Positions 28,214 through 40,155 of a DNA stretch of 64,000 bases are shown in pieces. The DNA comes from Candidatus Spechtbacteria bacterium. GTDB taxonomy: Bacteria; Patescibacteriota; Minisyncoccia; Spechtbacterales; JACPHP01. How positions within the stretch are numbered: position 1 is the stretch's first letter; each line of letters begins with the position of its first letter. The stretch lies in assembly GCA_016188605.1 (NCBI GenBank), contig JACPHP010000013.1, positions 2,846 through 66,845 of the forward strand, written 5' to 3'. A program made the position numbers and the translations under genes. The notes beneath the pieces were generated by a model that was given only the letters and a program-made list of their open reading frames with translations, did no database searches and had not been told where the DNA came from.

Positions 28214-29770
28214 ATGGATTCCTTAATCCAAAAACTGCAAAAAGAATTAGAGGGATACAAATCTCCGACCATGGCTTCGGAGTCTGTTGGTCGTGTAGAA
28301 AAAATGTACGATGGAATTGCGATTTGCTCCGGCATTGACGAAGCGCTTGCTTCTGAAATGATCGAGATTTACCCGCGCACAGCCGGAAAAAATTCAGAAG
28401 ACGTAAAAGGCGCGCCGCTTTTTGGCCTCGCGCTTAATATTGAAGAAAGCCAGATCGGAGTCGTGGTGCTTGGTGATTACGCGCAAATCCAAGAGGGCGA
28501 TGTTGTAAAAACTACAAAACGCGTACTGGAAGTGCCTGTCGGCGAGGAGTTACTTGGCAATGTTGTAAATGCTCTGGGACAATCGCTTGAAAATAAAGCT
28601 TTAAATACTAAAACCCGCTACCCTGTTGAGCGTGTGGCGTCTGGCGTTATTAGCCGCGAGGCAGTTAACGAGCCAATACAAACAGGTATTAAAGCGATTG
28701 ATTCCATGATTCCTATCGGCCGCGGCCAGCGTGAGCTTATCATCGGTGACCGTCAAATTGGGAAAACCGCTCTCATCATAGACACCATCTTAAGCCAGCT
28801 CAATGAACCAGAAGACAAGCGTCCGTATTGTATTTATGTTGCTATCGGCCAAAAGGCATCCAAAGTTGCAAGGGTCGTGCAGACTCTGCGCGAGCGTGGA
28901 GCTATGGAATACACTATAGTAGTAGCTTCATTCTCGTCTGATCCCGCGGCTCTTTGGTATATCGCGCCTTACGCCGGATGCGCAATCGGCGAATATTTTA
29001 TGGACAAAGGCAAGGATGCGATTGTTTTTTACGACGATCTCACCAAGCACGCGTGGGCTTATCGCCAAATGTCACTTTTACTTCGCCGCCCGCCAGGTCG
29101 CGAGGCATATCCTGGCGATGTTTTCTATTTGCATTCTCGCCTACTTGAGCGTTCCGCAAAGCTTAACAAAGAACTTGGCGGCGGTTCGCTCACCGGTATT
29201 CCCGTAATTGAAACCCAATCGGGTGATGTGTCCGGCTACATTCCAACTAATGTTATTTCCATTACCGACGGCCAGATTTATCTTGAGCCAAACCTTTTCT
29301 ACAAAGGCATCCGCCCCGCGCTTAATGTCGGTCTTTCCGTGTCGCGCGTGGGTGCGGCGGCGCAAACAAAAGCAATGAAGAAAGTTGCGGGCAAACTTCG
29401 CCTGGAGCTTGCGCAGTATCGCGAACTTGCCGCTTTCGCGCAGTTTGGCTCTGATCTTGATGAGGCAACACAGAAACGATTGCGCCGCGGTGAAAGATTG
29501 AGTGAGCTGCTAAAGCAAGGCCAGTACGTCCCAATGGCTTGGTATAAGCAGACGCTTTCTATTTATGCCGGAGTAAATGGCTTACTAGACCAGGTGCCCG
29601 TGAGCGATGTTCAACGCTGGGAGAGCGAGTTTCATACATATTGCGATGCATACGCGGCTGATATGCTTGAAAAGATGAAAGAAAAGAGAGAGATTACGCC
29701 CGAGATTGATGAGCTGATTAAGGCGGCAATTATGGAGTTTAATGGACAGTTTGTGACTGGAAAACAATAG
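28214..29770 (+). CDS. atpA: F0F1 ATP synthase subunit alpha
   Basis: [38 protein letters not shown]. Confidence 0.98.
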   Translation: MDSLIQKLQKELEGYKSPTMASESVGRVEKMYDGIAICSGIDEALASEMIEIYPRTAGKNSEDVKGAPLFGLALNIEESQIGVVVLGDYAQIQEGDVVKTTKRVLEVPVGEELLGNVVNALGQSLENKALNTKTRYPVERVASGVISREAVNEPIQTGIKAIDSMIPIGRGQRELIIGDRQIGKTALIIDTILSQLNEPEDKRPYCIYVAIGQKASKVARVVQTLRERGAMEYTIVVASFSSDPAALWYIAPYAGCAIGEYFMDKGKDAIVFYDDLTKHAWAYRQMSLLLRRPPGREAYPGDVFYLHSRLLERSAKLNKELGGGSLTGIPVIETQSGDVSGYIPTNVISITDGQIYLEPNLFYKGIRPALNVGLSVSRVGAAAQTKAMKKVAGKLRLELAQYRELAAFAQFGSDLDEATQKRLRRGERLSELLKQGQYVPMAWYKQTLSIYAGVNGLLDQVPVSDVQRWESEFHTYCDAYAADMLEKMKEKREITPEIDELIKAAIMEFNGQFVTGKQ

Positions 29771-29772
29771 CT

Positions 29773-29896
29773 TACTAAATGTCAAAATCCAAATTACAAA
29801 TGTCAAATCAATGTCAAAGTTCAAAATTCAAAAATTTTGATATTAAGTCATTTGGATTTCATTTGTAATTTGACATTTGGACTTTGAAATTTTATT
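29773..29896. repeat. Family B inverted repeat
   Basis: Direct copy of 28084-28206 with about 3-4 differences. Confidence 0.9.
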
Positions 29897-29902
29897 AGCT
29901 TT

Positions 29903-30880
29903 ATGCCTATCTCCACTCGTGAAGTAAAAAATCGCCAGCGTTCCATTTTTAATATTCGCCAGGTTACAAAAGCCATGGAGATGGTTTCAGCATCCAAAAT
30001 GCGTAAAGCCCAAATGATTGCCTTACGCACTCGTCCGTATGCTTACAAGGCGCTGGAAATGCTCTCGCATTTAACCGCCGAAGAGATTGACCAAGAGATT
30101 GGAAACACTGGAAATATATTTATCGCGCCAAAGAATGCTTCTCCCGCAGAGCTTCTTCGCAATCCCAAGGGCAAGGTGCTTATAGTTGCCATAACGTCAG
30201 ACAAAGGACTTATCGGCGGCCTTAATGCCAACGTAATGAAAGAAACTTTGGCAATCGTTCGCCAGTATCAAAAACAAGATACGCTAGTGGAGCTAATTCT
30301 TGTTGGTGAAAAAAGCAAAGCATCGTTTCAGCGGCTGGGCGTGCCAATAGAAAAAGTTTTTACTGGCGCGGGAGACTACGCTACTACCGAGCAGACTATG
30401 CCTATCGCAGAACTTATTCGTAATAGATACGAGGCAGGCTGGGTTTCTCGCGTCGTAGTTGTGTATTCCGAATTTATTTCTACTTTGAAGCAGCGCGTCA
30501 CGCATCGTTTGTATCTTCCAGTAACGGCAAAAATTTTAAACGACGTGATTAATGACATTATTCCTCAAACCGGAAAGTTTTCCGAACTGCGAAACGAGGA
30601 GTATGCGACAGAAAAAACAATGCCAGATTTTACATACGAACCAAATAAACAAGAGCTTATTTCCACGCTAGTCCCCTTCTTTCTTGATTTGTACTTGTAT
30701 CATATTATTTTAGAATCTAATGCTTCAGAGCATTCAGCGCGCATGGTGGCAATGAAGAGCGCGTCGGATAACGCCAAAAACCTCCTTGATACACTGACAC
30801 TTACATATAATAAAGCGCGCCAAGCTGCTATTACGCGGGAAATTAGCGAAATTACGGCAGGCGTGGAGGCGATGAAATGA
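29903..30880 (+). CDS. atpG: F0F1 ATP synthase subunit gamma
   Basis: KAMEMVSASK, SDKGL.G, ASEHSARMVAMKSASDNA, RQAAITREI. Confidence 0.97.
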   Translation: MPISTREVKNRQRSIFNIRQVTKAMEMVSASKMRKAQMIALRTRPYAYKALEMLSHLTAEEIDQEIGNTGNIFIAPKNASPAELLRNPKGKVLIVAITSDKGLIGGLNANVMKETLAIVRQYQKQDTLVELILVGEKSKASFQRLGVPIEKVFTGAGDYATTEQTMPIAELIRNRYEAGWVSRVVVVYSEFISTLKQRVTHRLYLPVTAKILNDVINDIIPQTGKFSELRNEEYATEKTMPDFTYEPNKQELISTLVPFFLDLYLYHIILESNASEHSARMVAMKSASDNAKNLLDTLTLTYNKARQAAITREISEITAGVEAMK

Positions 30881-30885
30881 TATTG

Positions 30886-32397
<1,512 letters not shown>

Positions 32398-32399
32398 CT

Positions 32400-32509
32400 A
32401 TCTCAAAACGCAAATCTTAAATCGCAAAACTAAAACTCAAATCTGAAAACTACGGCGAAGATTTTAGATTTGCGATTCAGATTTGAGATTTGCCATTTGA
32501 GATTTTAGC
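32400..32509. repeat. Family A inverted repeat
   Basis: Near-identical to 32752-32863. Confidence 0.9.
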
Positions 32510-32516
32510 TTTATTT

Positions 32517-32753
32517 ATGCATCTAACCATTCTCAACCTAAACGAAACCCTCTACGATGGCGAAGCAAGCGGCATCACTGCCCCTGGTACTGTTGGTGAG
32601 TTTACCGTACTTCCCCATCATATAGACCTTTTAACGTCTCTTAAAAAAGGCGTAATTACCGTGCATACAAAAGGCGTGGAAAAAACCTATATTGAAGCCC
32701 CGCGCGGCGGGATTTTTGAGCTGGCGGGTGAGAAGGCGACTATACTGTTGTAA
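32517..32753 (+). CDS. atpC: F0F1 ATP synthase subunit epsilon (N-terminal beta domain only)
   Basis: PGTVGEFTVLPHH..L..G..GG; 78 aa, no C-terminal helices. Confidence 0.9.
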   Translation: MHLTILNLNETLYDGEASGITAPGTVGEFTVLPHHIDLLTSLKKGVITVHTKGVEKTYIEAPRGGIFELAGEKATILL

Positions 32754-32863
32754 TCTCAAAATGTAAATCTTAAATCGCAAAACTAAAACTCAAATCTGAA
32801 AACTACGGCGAAGATTTTATATTTGCGATTCAGATTTGAGTTTTGCCATTTGAGATTTTAGAT
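32752..32863. repeat. Family A inverted repeat starting in the atpC stop codon
   Basis: TAA|TCTCAAAATGTAAATC...TTTGAGATTTTAGAT. Confidence 0.9.
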
Positions 32864-32886
32864 AAAATAGTAATTTAACTAATTCT

Positions 32887-33339
32887 ATGGAAAAACAAGA
32901 AACCAAAATAATCCCCGTATCTCATGAATTATTGAGCAGCCACTCCTGCCCCGCCACAGTCGTAATGTGCATGGATTTTCGCTTTGTTAAGGCAACGCAG
33001 GAATTTGTGCAAAAAAACCTTGCAACTCCAAATTTTGATTTGTTGATTGCACCCGGTTGCATAAAGGGCTTGCTTCAAGAAGGCACGCTAAAAAATTATT
33101 TGTTGGAAAATATAGCGCTATCAATCAAGCTGCATCTTACGCATGAGTTAGTCCTAGTCTGCCACTCCACTTGCGGCGCATACGGCATCCCGGATAGGGC
33201 GCAAGAACACGAACAGCAAGAAAAAGATCTCGCCGAGGCCGCAAAAATCCTAACAGAATCATTCCCATCGCTTTCTATTCATGCTTGTATTGCAAACGGT
33301 GATGCGGAGAAAGAAGAAATAGTATACGAAAATATATAA
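32887..33339 (+). CDS. Beta-class carbonic anhydrase-like protein
   Basis: CMDFR and HSTCGAY zinc-ligand motifs. Confidence 0.8.
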   Translation: MEKQETKIIPVSHELLSSHSCPATVVMCMDFRFVKATQEFVQKNLATPNFDLLIAPGCIKGLLQEGTLKNYLLENIALSIKLHLTHELVLVCHSTCGAYGIPDRAQEHEQQEKDLAEAAKILTESFPSLSIHACIANGDAEKEEIVYENI

Positions 33340-33361
33340 CAACTTAAACAAAAAATCCCGC

Positions 33362-34003
33362 TTAGGCGGGATTTTTTGTTTCTATTTTTACTTCTTTATT
33401 CAACAACGGCAGAATCACCGGCCTCGCCGCTTCCAGCGCATATCTGCGGTGAGTGATTTTTGCTTCTTCTTCCAGCGGAAGCTCGCCTAATGTTTTGCCC
33501 AGCTCCGGCATGTAGAAAATTGTGCGAAAGGGATAGCCGGAAATGCGCATCGGGACTGGCTCTGTGGTGATGTAACCGTTAAGCCGGCCTTCAAAAGTTG
33601 GGGTTTCTTTAATTTCTTTTAGCGCAAAGGCAATCTCAACCACAAAATGCGCCGTGCGCTTTTCCTGTGGCACACCATCTAACTTTTTGAGTGTTAGCGC
33701 AATCAATTCTTCATCCGTTGCTTCATGGCCGGGCCAGCGGCGTGAATATATTCCTGGCTCGCCGTTAAGATAGTCAATTTCAATTCCCCCATCATCAGCC
33801 AACGTAGGCAAACCGCTAAGCGCGAAATAAAACTGCGCTTTTTTTATTGCATTTTCCTTGAACGTCTTTCCATCCTCCTCACATTTTTTATCACCAAGAC
33901 CAACATCATTCAAAGATAAAAGCTCGCATCCCCAGTCGCGCAAAAGGATGCGATATTCTTCCAGTTTTCCATTGTTGGTTGTGGCGATTAAGAGTTTCAT
34001 CAC
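33362..34003 (-). CDS. rdgB: Non-canonical purine NTP pyrophosphatase (RdgB/HAM1)
   Basis: ATTNNGKL.E, ENAIKKA, ADDGG, GEPGIYSRR, THRR. Confidence 0.9.
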   Translation of the reverse strand: MMKLLIATTNNGKLEEYRILLRDWGCELLSLNDVGLGDKKCEEDGKTFKENAIKKAQFYFALSGLPTLADDGGIEIDYLNGEPGIYSRRWPGHEATDEELIALTLKKLDGVPQEKRTAHFVVEIAFALKEIKETPTFEGRLNGYITTEPVPMRISGYPFRTIFYMPELGKTLGELPLEEEAKITHRRYALEAARPVILPLLNKEVKIETKNPA

Positions 34004-35475
34004 TCAGTATTCTGTTTTTTCTGCCTCATCGTCGGAAACAAAATTACCTCTCTCAAGCTGTGAGTATTGGTAATAAAGGCAGTTAATCTATCGAGGCCAA
34101 AGGCAAAGCCAGCGGCCGGGGGCATGCCGTATTCCATGGCTTCAACGTAGCTCTCATCCATTCTCTGCGCCTCCGCGTCTCCTCTTTTATGCAAGTCTTC
34201 TTGATCTTCAAAGGCTTTGCGCTGAAGCACTGGGTCGTTCAGCTCTGAAAATGCGTTTACAAGCTCCCAGCCATCAATGACAAGCTGGAACCTTGCGGCG
34301 TACGCGGGGTTATCTTCTAAAGCTTTGGCAAGCGGCGTAAGCTCAATTGGCTGATGAATAATAAACGTTGGATTTTTAATTTCCGGTTTACAGGCTTTTT
34401 TGTACAGCAAATCACCGATCTGCCCTTTAGTGGCAAATTCTTCTACTGCTATTCCGAGTAACTCCGCCTTCTTTTTTAGAGCATCTCTGCTTAATGTTTC
34501 GTAATCAATATCAAGATATCTATTTAATAATGCCGTAAACTCAATCCTCGGCCAAGGAGTTTCTAGATTTATACTTTTCCCTTCGTGCTCAAATTTTGGG
34601 TAAGTTCCTAGTTTCTTAAAAATATGCGTAAACATCTTTTCTGAAAACTTCATCAATTCTTTGTAGTCAGCATAAGCCCAGTAAAATTCCAATGCAGTGA
34701 ACTCGGGGTTATGCGAAAAATCCATTCCTTCGTTACGGAATAATCGCCCTATTTCATATACTTTTTCAAATCCTCCCACAAGCAGCTTTTTCAGATCAAG
34801 CTCTGGCGCCACGCGAAGATACAAATCCATATCAAGCGCGTTTAAATGTGTTTTAAATGGCTTGGCAGACGCGCCGCCGGGAATTGGCTGAAGAATAGAT
34901 GTTTCAACTTCCATAAAGCCCGCGCCGTCCAGAAATTCGCGCGTTGCTTTTACTATCGTGCTGCGCGCTTCAAATACTTTGCGGGTTTCCCCGTTCATCA
35001 ACAAATCCAAATATCGCTTGCGGTAACGTTCTTCAACATCCTGCAAACCATGCCATTTTTCCGGCAAAGGCCGCGTGGCTTTAGAAATAACTTTTAGGGA
35101 TGCCACCTGTAAAGTTTGCTGTCCTGATTTAGTGATAAACAAAATGCCGCGGATTTCAATAAAGTCACCGACGTCAACAAAATCGCCAATCTCGTCGTAT
35201 TTGCCCGCTCCCAGCTGATCGCGCCCAGCAAAAAACTGAAAGGTTCCCGTGCCATCCTGAATATCGCCAAAAGTTGCTCCGCCATGGCGGCGCATAGTGA
35301 GAACACGCCCCGTCAAAACAACTTCCTTTTCGCCATCAACTAGCTTCTTAAACCCCTCCTGCGCCTCTAAAACGGTATGCGTGCGCTTCGTATATATGGG
35401 ATATGGTAAATTGCCCCCAGAAAGCATCTTATGTCGCTTCTGCAGCTGGCTTTGTTGGTAGTCTTCAAGTGCCAT
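34000..35475 (-). CDS. lysS: Lysine--tRNA ligase (class II)
   Basis: RYRKRYLDL, GGASAKPF, FRNEG..HNPEF, ELNDP, YGMPP..G..GLDRL. Confidence 0.98.
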   Translation of the reverse strand: MALEDYQQSQLQKRHKMLSGGNLPYPIYTKRTHTVLEAQEGFKKLVDGEKEVVLTGRVLTMRRHGGATFGDIQDGTGTFQFFAGRDQLGAGKYDEIGDFVDVGDFIEIRGILFITKSGQQTLQVASLKVISKATRPLPEKWHGLQDVEERYRKRYLDLLMNGETRKVFEARSTIVKATREFLDGAGFMEVETSILQPIPGGASAKPFKTHLNALDMDLYLRVAPELDLKKLLVGGFEKVYEIGRLFRNEGMDFSHNPEFTALEFYWAYADYKELMKFSEKMFTHIFKKLGTYPKFEHEGKSINLETPWPRIEFTALLNRYLDIDYETLSRDALKKKAELLGIAVEEFATKGQIGDLLYKKACKPEIKNPTFIIHQPIELTPLAKALEDNPAYAARFQLVIDGWELVNAFSELNDPVLQRKAFEDQEDLHKRGDAEAQRMDESYVEAMEYGMPPAAGFAFGLDRLTAFITNTHSLREVILFPTMRQKKQNTE

Positions 35476-35604
35476 AGTAATTACTATTATAGACGTTACT
35501 AAACATTTCGCAAATCTTTTGTATAGTAACCCCTTGCACCCCCAGATAATGATTGGCTTACATAAACCATTTTTGAAGACGCATGAGCAGTTATTGCCAA
35601 CCGT

Positions 35605-35692
35605 TCCATTGCCCCTTCATTGCTCCATTGTTTCATTGTCTTATGGTTACACAAACAATGAATCAATGGAGCAATGGAGCAATGAAGCAATG
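35605..35692. repeat. Octamer-arm inverted repeat (CATTGCTC/GAGCAATG)
   Basis: TTCATTGCTCCATTGTTTCATTG...CAATGAATCAATGGAGCAATGGAGCAATGAA. Confidence 0.8.
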
Positions 35693-35762
35693 TAAGCTGG
35701 TGAGGTTTAACCTCAACGTAAAGTCATTTATGAGAGGGTGTGAGCAGTTACTCGTTATGTCA

Positions 35763-35790
35763 TTTACAAATTTTGTTTATATGTTATACT
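35763..35790 (+). promoter_or_regulatory. Putative promoter of the Gre paralogue
   Basis: TTTACA-16-TATACT with extended TGn. Confidence 0.5.
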
Positions 35791-35829
35791 CGTTTCATTG
35801 TCGGAGGTATATATTCATAGGAGGAAAAC

Positions 35830-36372
35830 GTGATGTCTGTACAGAATTTCACCGCAACGGTTAAGGACCTTGCATTCGATACAGTCATCGCTTCGTTGGA
35901 AGATGAGATTGTACAATACCACGCCAAGCTTAGGCGGGGCATAGAATGCTTGCAAGGTGCGCGAGCCGCGCTCGACCAACCCGATGAATACTTAGACCGC
36001 GTAGAGACTATTCGTAAAAATGAAGAATGCTTGGAACGAATACGACAAGCCGAGCAGTACCTCAGGGAAGTTAAGCGCCTCTCTCTTGAGCGCAAATGCG
36101 ATATCGTACAAACAGGAGCTTTGGTTGAGGTTGTGGACGGCGACAATCCACCGGAGATATATTTTGTTCTCGTTGCAAACATGGGAATTGACTATGCTTC
36201 CAGAAGGGCTGGTATAGTAAATAGACAATTTATTATTGAGGGAGTTAAGGTTATTGGCCTTAACCCGCAAGCCCCCGTTGGAAAGGCGCTGCTCGGTCAT
36301 CGAGCCGGTGATACCATAACGGTGCAAACACCGGGCGGACCTCGCACGATCCAAATAAATTCAGTCGCCTAG
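35830..36372 (+). CDS. GreA/GreB-family paralogue with divergent coiled coil
   Basis: C-terminal PQAPVGKALLGHRAGD..V.TPGG; N-terminal coiled coil lacks GDLSENAEY. Confidence 0.8.
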   Translation: MMSVQNFTATVKDLAFDTVIASLEDEIVQYHAKLRRGIECLQGARAALDQPDEYLDRVETIRKNEECLERIRQAEQYLREVKRLSLERKCDIVQTGALVEVVDGDNPPEIYFVLVANMGIDYASRRAGIVNRQFIIEGVKVIGLNPQAPVGKALLGHRAGDTITVQTPGGPRTIQINSVA

Positions 36373-36393
36373 CGTAGCGTAGCGCAACTAAAC

Positions 36394-36426
36394 AAAACCC
36401 CGCCAGCACACTTGGCGGGGTAATTT
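36394..36426. terminator. Bidirectional terminator between convergent gre genes
   Basis: AAAACCCCGCCAG-CACAC-TTGGCGGGGTAATTT. Confidence 0.7.
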
Positions 36427-36442
36427 ATTTTAGTTTAAGAGT

Positions 36443-36907
36443 TTACGCTAGCATTATTTTTGTAATCTTATATTGCTTACTTCCACTTGGTGTAAATATA
36501 TCAACCGTTTCACCTATTCTGCGCCCAAGCATAGCTTTACCAAGCGGCGATTCAGAAGAAATTTTATTAGTAATTGGATCTGCTTGCTCTTTGCCCACCA
36601 ATACAAAAGTACGCTTTTGCTCATCTGCGATTACCTCAATCGCGCATCCGATTTCTATCAATTCTACGCCACTTGTAGTTTTAGTGACAACCTGAGCATT
36701 GCGCAGCACCTCTTCCAGTTCATCAATGCGACCCTCCAAAAACGCCTGATCTTCCTTTGCTTCCATGTATTCGGCGTTTTCCGAAAGATCGCCAAAAGAA
36801 GCTGCCTCTTTCAGGCGACTTGCAATTTCCGCACGCTTTGTAGTTTTAAGTTCATTAAGCTCTTTGCGAAGCTGTTCTAATCCTTCTTTTGTGAGATAGT
36901 CCATCAT
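36443..36907 (-). CDS. greA: Transcription elongation factor GreA
   Basis: YLTKEG, GDLSENAEY, ISSESPLGKAMLG. Confidence 0.96.
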   Translation of the reverse strand: MMDYLTKEGLEQLRKELNELKTTKRAEIASRLKEAASFGDLSENAEYMEAKEDQAFLEGRIDELEEVLRNAQVVTKTTSGVELIEIGCAIEVIADEQKRTFVLVGKEQADPITNKISSESPLGKAMLGRRIGETVDIFTPSGSKQYKITKIMLA

Positions 36908-36988
36908 ATTAGTTTTTAATTTAAAAGGTATACAAATCTCTCTACGAGTAACCGCAATGAAAGTATTATACATGTCCAGTGCTTATGG

Positions 36989-38926
36989 TCAACGTGTGGA
37001 CAAAGGATGCGCCTCGTTATATTTTTGCAAAATATCTCGCGTAACATACACTGCTTCCGCGCTTTCTCCTCCTCTCTCCATCATAACCAAAATAACAAGC
37101 CGAGGATTATCATATGGCGCGAACCCCACAAACCACGCATGGTTGTCACCGGCAGTTGCTTGCGCCGTTCCAGTTTTGCCCGCCATATTAAACGGCAAAA
37201 CTCTCAAAGATTGGCTGGATCCTGAAGTTACAGCCATACGCATGCCTTCTTGCACCACTTTATAAATATCTGACGAAAAAGGAAGGGTTCGCCGCGCCCA
37301 GTTCAAAACAGTATCTTGAATACTACTAACAACATGGGGAATAAAATATGTGCCGCTATTTGCAATTGAAGAAATACTCGCCGCTACTTGAAGCGGCGTC
37401 GCTATCACATCCCCCTGCCCTATGCTTGCGTGATAAGTATTCCCAATAAACCAATCCTCGCCCTTTGATTTTTTCTTCCATTGTGGCGATGGTACAAAGC
37501 CATTCCCCTCGCCGGGTAAATCAATGCCTGTTTTAAATCCCCAATTGAATATTTGTAAATATTTAGCTATACGATCAATGCCTAGACCTTGTTGGCCCAT
37601 ATAACCACCGCCGATAATATAAAAATACACATCCGACGATACTGCGAGGGCTTTACGCATATCTACGGGTCCATGATTCTTCCAATCTAAAAATGTATAG
37701 CTTACGGAAGGATCGTATATGCTTGGGACTGTAATAGAGCCGCGAGTCTCAATAATCTTGTTAGGATCTATCACATGCTCTTGCAGTGCCGCCGCGGCAA
37801 GAAGTGGCTTAATAACCGAACCGCTCGGATACGATCCTGCCGTAGCACGATTAATAAATGGATTTGATGAATCATTAATAAGCGCGTTATATTCATCGTA
37901 GTTAATGCCTTTTACGAAGCTGTTGGGGTCAAAGCTCGGCAGGCTAACAAGCGCGCGCACAGCGCCGTCTTTAGGATCAATAGCAACGACGCTTCCTGCT
38001 TTCAAGTCCCTTTCTTTAAGCGCGGCTGATAAAGTATCGTACGCGATTTTCTGCAGATCTATATCAATCGTCGTATTAACTGTCTGCCCTTTTTGGGGTT
38101 GAGAAATTACCCGTTCGCCTAAAGTTTGCCCTTTGGCATTGATAAAATTTGCCGCCATGCCGGGTACTCCACGCAATTCTTTTTCATAAGTCAATTCAAG
38201 ACCATATTTTCCAATCCGATCATCCGCGATATAATTTACGTCATTGTACTTAAAAAGCTCGTTGGGAGTAATGGGAGCAGTATAGCCCAAGACATGCGCG
38301 GTATATAATCCGTACGGATAATAGCGCATAGGATGCTCGCGAAATGCAATGCCGACAATATCACCGATTTGCCCTTGAATCACGCTCACTTCCTCAATAG
38401 AAAGATTGCGAGCAAGAATAGCGCGGGCAATATTTTTTTGTTTCACGTCATCAATTTTTGTTTGAATTATTTTAGCTCCGTCTTCATTTCGGCCAAGCGC
38501 TTGCGCCAACACGCTAATCTGCTCTTGTGTTGCCTTCATGTCTTTGGGTCGTAATTCCACATCAAACCCTGAAATACTTGTAGCCAGAACCCTTCCCTTG
38601 TAATCGAAAATATCCCCGCGGGGCGCTTGTAGGGTAAACGTCCTCTCCGCGTTTTGCGCCGCCATCGTGGCATATTTTCCACCCTGGCCAAAATTTAAAT
38701 ATACAACATACAAAAATAAAAATAAAAAAATAGCAAATGTAACCAATTGAATCGCGATCGGAATAAAATTAGGCGTCGAAATTTCCAATTTTTTTTCTTG
38801 TTCGTAAGATGAATCTTTATCCAGAACAAATGATGCGTCGGGGAATATTTCCTCGGGCTCAATTGATTCTTTGCTTTGACTAATAGTGCCAAGGGAATCA
38901 AGACTATTTTTTCGGTGGAAGAACAT
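36989..38926 (-). CDS. mrdA: Penicillin-binding protein 2
   Basis: APRG.I.D, R.YP, GSVIKP (SxxK), SSD, KTGTAQ; start approximate. Confidence 0.9.
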   Translation of the reverse strand: MFFHRKNSLDSLGTISQSKESIEPEEIFPDASFVLDKDSSYEQEKKLEISTPNFIPIAIQLVTFAIFLFLFLYVVYLNFGQGGKYATMAAQNAERTFTLQAPRGDIFDYKGRVLATSISGFDVELRPKDMKATQEQISVLAQALGRNEDGAKIIQTKIDDVKQKNIARAILARNLSIEEVSVIQGQIGDIVGIAFREHPMRYYPYGLYTAHVLGYTAPITPNELFKYNDVNYIADDRIGKYGLELTYEKELRGVPGMAANFINAKGQTLGERVISQPQKGQTVNTTIDIDLQKIAYDTLSAALKERDLKAGSVVAIDPKDGAVRALVSLPSFDPNSFVKGINYDEYNALINDSSNPFINRATAGSYPSGSVIKPLLAAAALQEHVIDPNKIIETRGSITVPSIYDPSVSYTFLDWKNHGPVDMRKALAVSSDVYFYIIGGGYMGQQGLGIDRIAKYLQIFNWGFKTGIDLPGEGNGFVPSPQWKKKSKGEDWFIGNTYHASIGQGDVIATPLQVAASISSIANSGTYFIPHVVSSIQDTVLNWARRTLPFSSDIYKVVQEGMRMAVTSGSSQSLRVLPFNMAGKTGTAQATAGDNHAWFVGFAPYDNPRLVILVMMERGGESAEAVYVTRDILQKYNEAHPLSTR

Positions 38927-38933
38927 TATATTT

Positions 38934-39103
38934 AATCTCAAATCTTAAATCACAAATTTCAAATCTAAATCTTAAATGTAAAATCTTCGACGTCAGATTA
39001 AAAGTTTTTCCGCCAGAGGCGCCTGCCCGCCTCTGGCGGGGATCAGCCTTTGGCTGAGAAATTTGAGTTTCAGTTTTGCGATTTAAGATTTGATATTTTA
39101 GAT
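38934..39103. repeat. Family A element with nested GC-rich core
   Basis: ~100 bp identical in inverted orientation to ~48500-48601. Confidence 0.9.
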
Positions 39104-40155
39104 TATCTTGGTGCCTTCTGAAAATCTGTTGTCACCAAAACATCGTGCAGCTTATCAATATTTTCAAGCACAACACCGGTACCGCGAGCGACTGCAGTTA
39201 AAGGGTCTTCCGCGATTACAACGGGCATCATAGTTTTTTCTGATACAAGTTCATCTAAACGCCTTAGCAACGACCCTCCGCCTGCAAGGATAATACCGCG
39301 CTTCATAATATCCGCGAGCAATTCAGGTGGAGTTTCTTCTACCGTTGATTTAATCGCGCCAACAATCGCGTCAATAGACGACGCGAGAGCTCTGCGTACA
39401 TGATCGTCATTAATAACAATTTCTTTTGGCAGACCTGTTACAAGGTCGCGCCCGCGCATCGTGGCCTCCAACGGCTCGCTAAGCGGCAAAGCCGAGCCAA
39501 TCTCAATCTTAATATCTTCAGCGGTGCGTTCGCCCAAAAGCAAATTAAACTCTTCGCGAGCGTAATGAATAATATCCTCATTAAGTTTATCTCCCGCGAC
39601 GCGCAAACTCCGCGCTCTTACAATGCCGCCAAGCGAGATGACCGCGACTTCCGTAGTTCCTCCGCCAATATCCACGATAATATTACCTGCTGCCTCCTGC
39701 ACGGGCAGGCGCGCGCCAATTGCCGCGGCCATGGGTTCCTCCATCAAAAAAACTTCTCTCGCGCCAGCGTTGCTTGCCGCATCCTCCACTGCGCGTTTTT
39801 CTACTTCGGTTACGCCATAAGGAATTGCGATAACTACGCGCGGACGAGGAAAAATAGAGAAAAAATCGCTATGCACTTTTTCAATAAAATACCGAAGCAT
39901 CTGCTCGGTAATTTCAAAATCGGAAACAACACCATCCACAAGCGGACGGCAAGCAACAATATGCGCGGGAGTTTTACCCACCATTCTGCGCGCATCCTCG
40001 CCAATTGCAAGAATCCTGCCAGTTTTTTTGTTAATCGCGACAACAGAGGGCTCATTGATTACAATCCCCTTACCCCGTACATAAACGAGGGTGTTGGCGG
40101 TTCCCAAATCTATGCCGATGTCTTTTGAAAATTTACCCCAAAGTTTGTCTAACAT
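39103..40155 (-). CDS. mreB: Rod shape-determining protein MreB
   Basis: IGIDLGTANT, EPSVVA, DIGGGTTE, AGGGSLL. Confidence 0.96.
   Translation of the reverse strand: MLDKLWGKFSKDIGIDLGTANTLVYVRGKGIVINEPSVVAINKKTGRILAIGEDARRMVGKTPAHIVACRPLVDGVVSDFEITEQMLRYFIEKVHSDFFSIFPRPRVVIAIPYGVTEVEKRAVEDAASNAGAREVFLMEEPMAAAIGARLPVQEAAGNIIVDIGGGTTEVAVISLGGIVRARSLRVAGDKLNEDIIHYAREEFNLLLGERTAEDIKIEIGSALPLSEPLEATMRGRDLVTGLPKEIVINDDHVRRALASSIDAIVGAIKSTVEETPPELLADIMKRGIILAGGGSLLRRLDELVSEKTMMPVVIAEDPLTAVARGTGVVLENIDKLHDVLVTTDFQKAPR

Noticed and set aside
35499-35864. ORFs 35499..35690 and 35583..35864 with QWSN repeats
   Set aside because: Translations of the octamer palindrome arms, not real genes.
39400-40128. 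242-aa plus-strand ORF and similar antisense ORFs across the window
   Set aside because: Antisense to well-conserved genes (here mreB), with no motifs or initiation signals.
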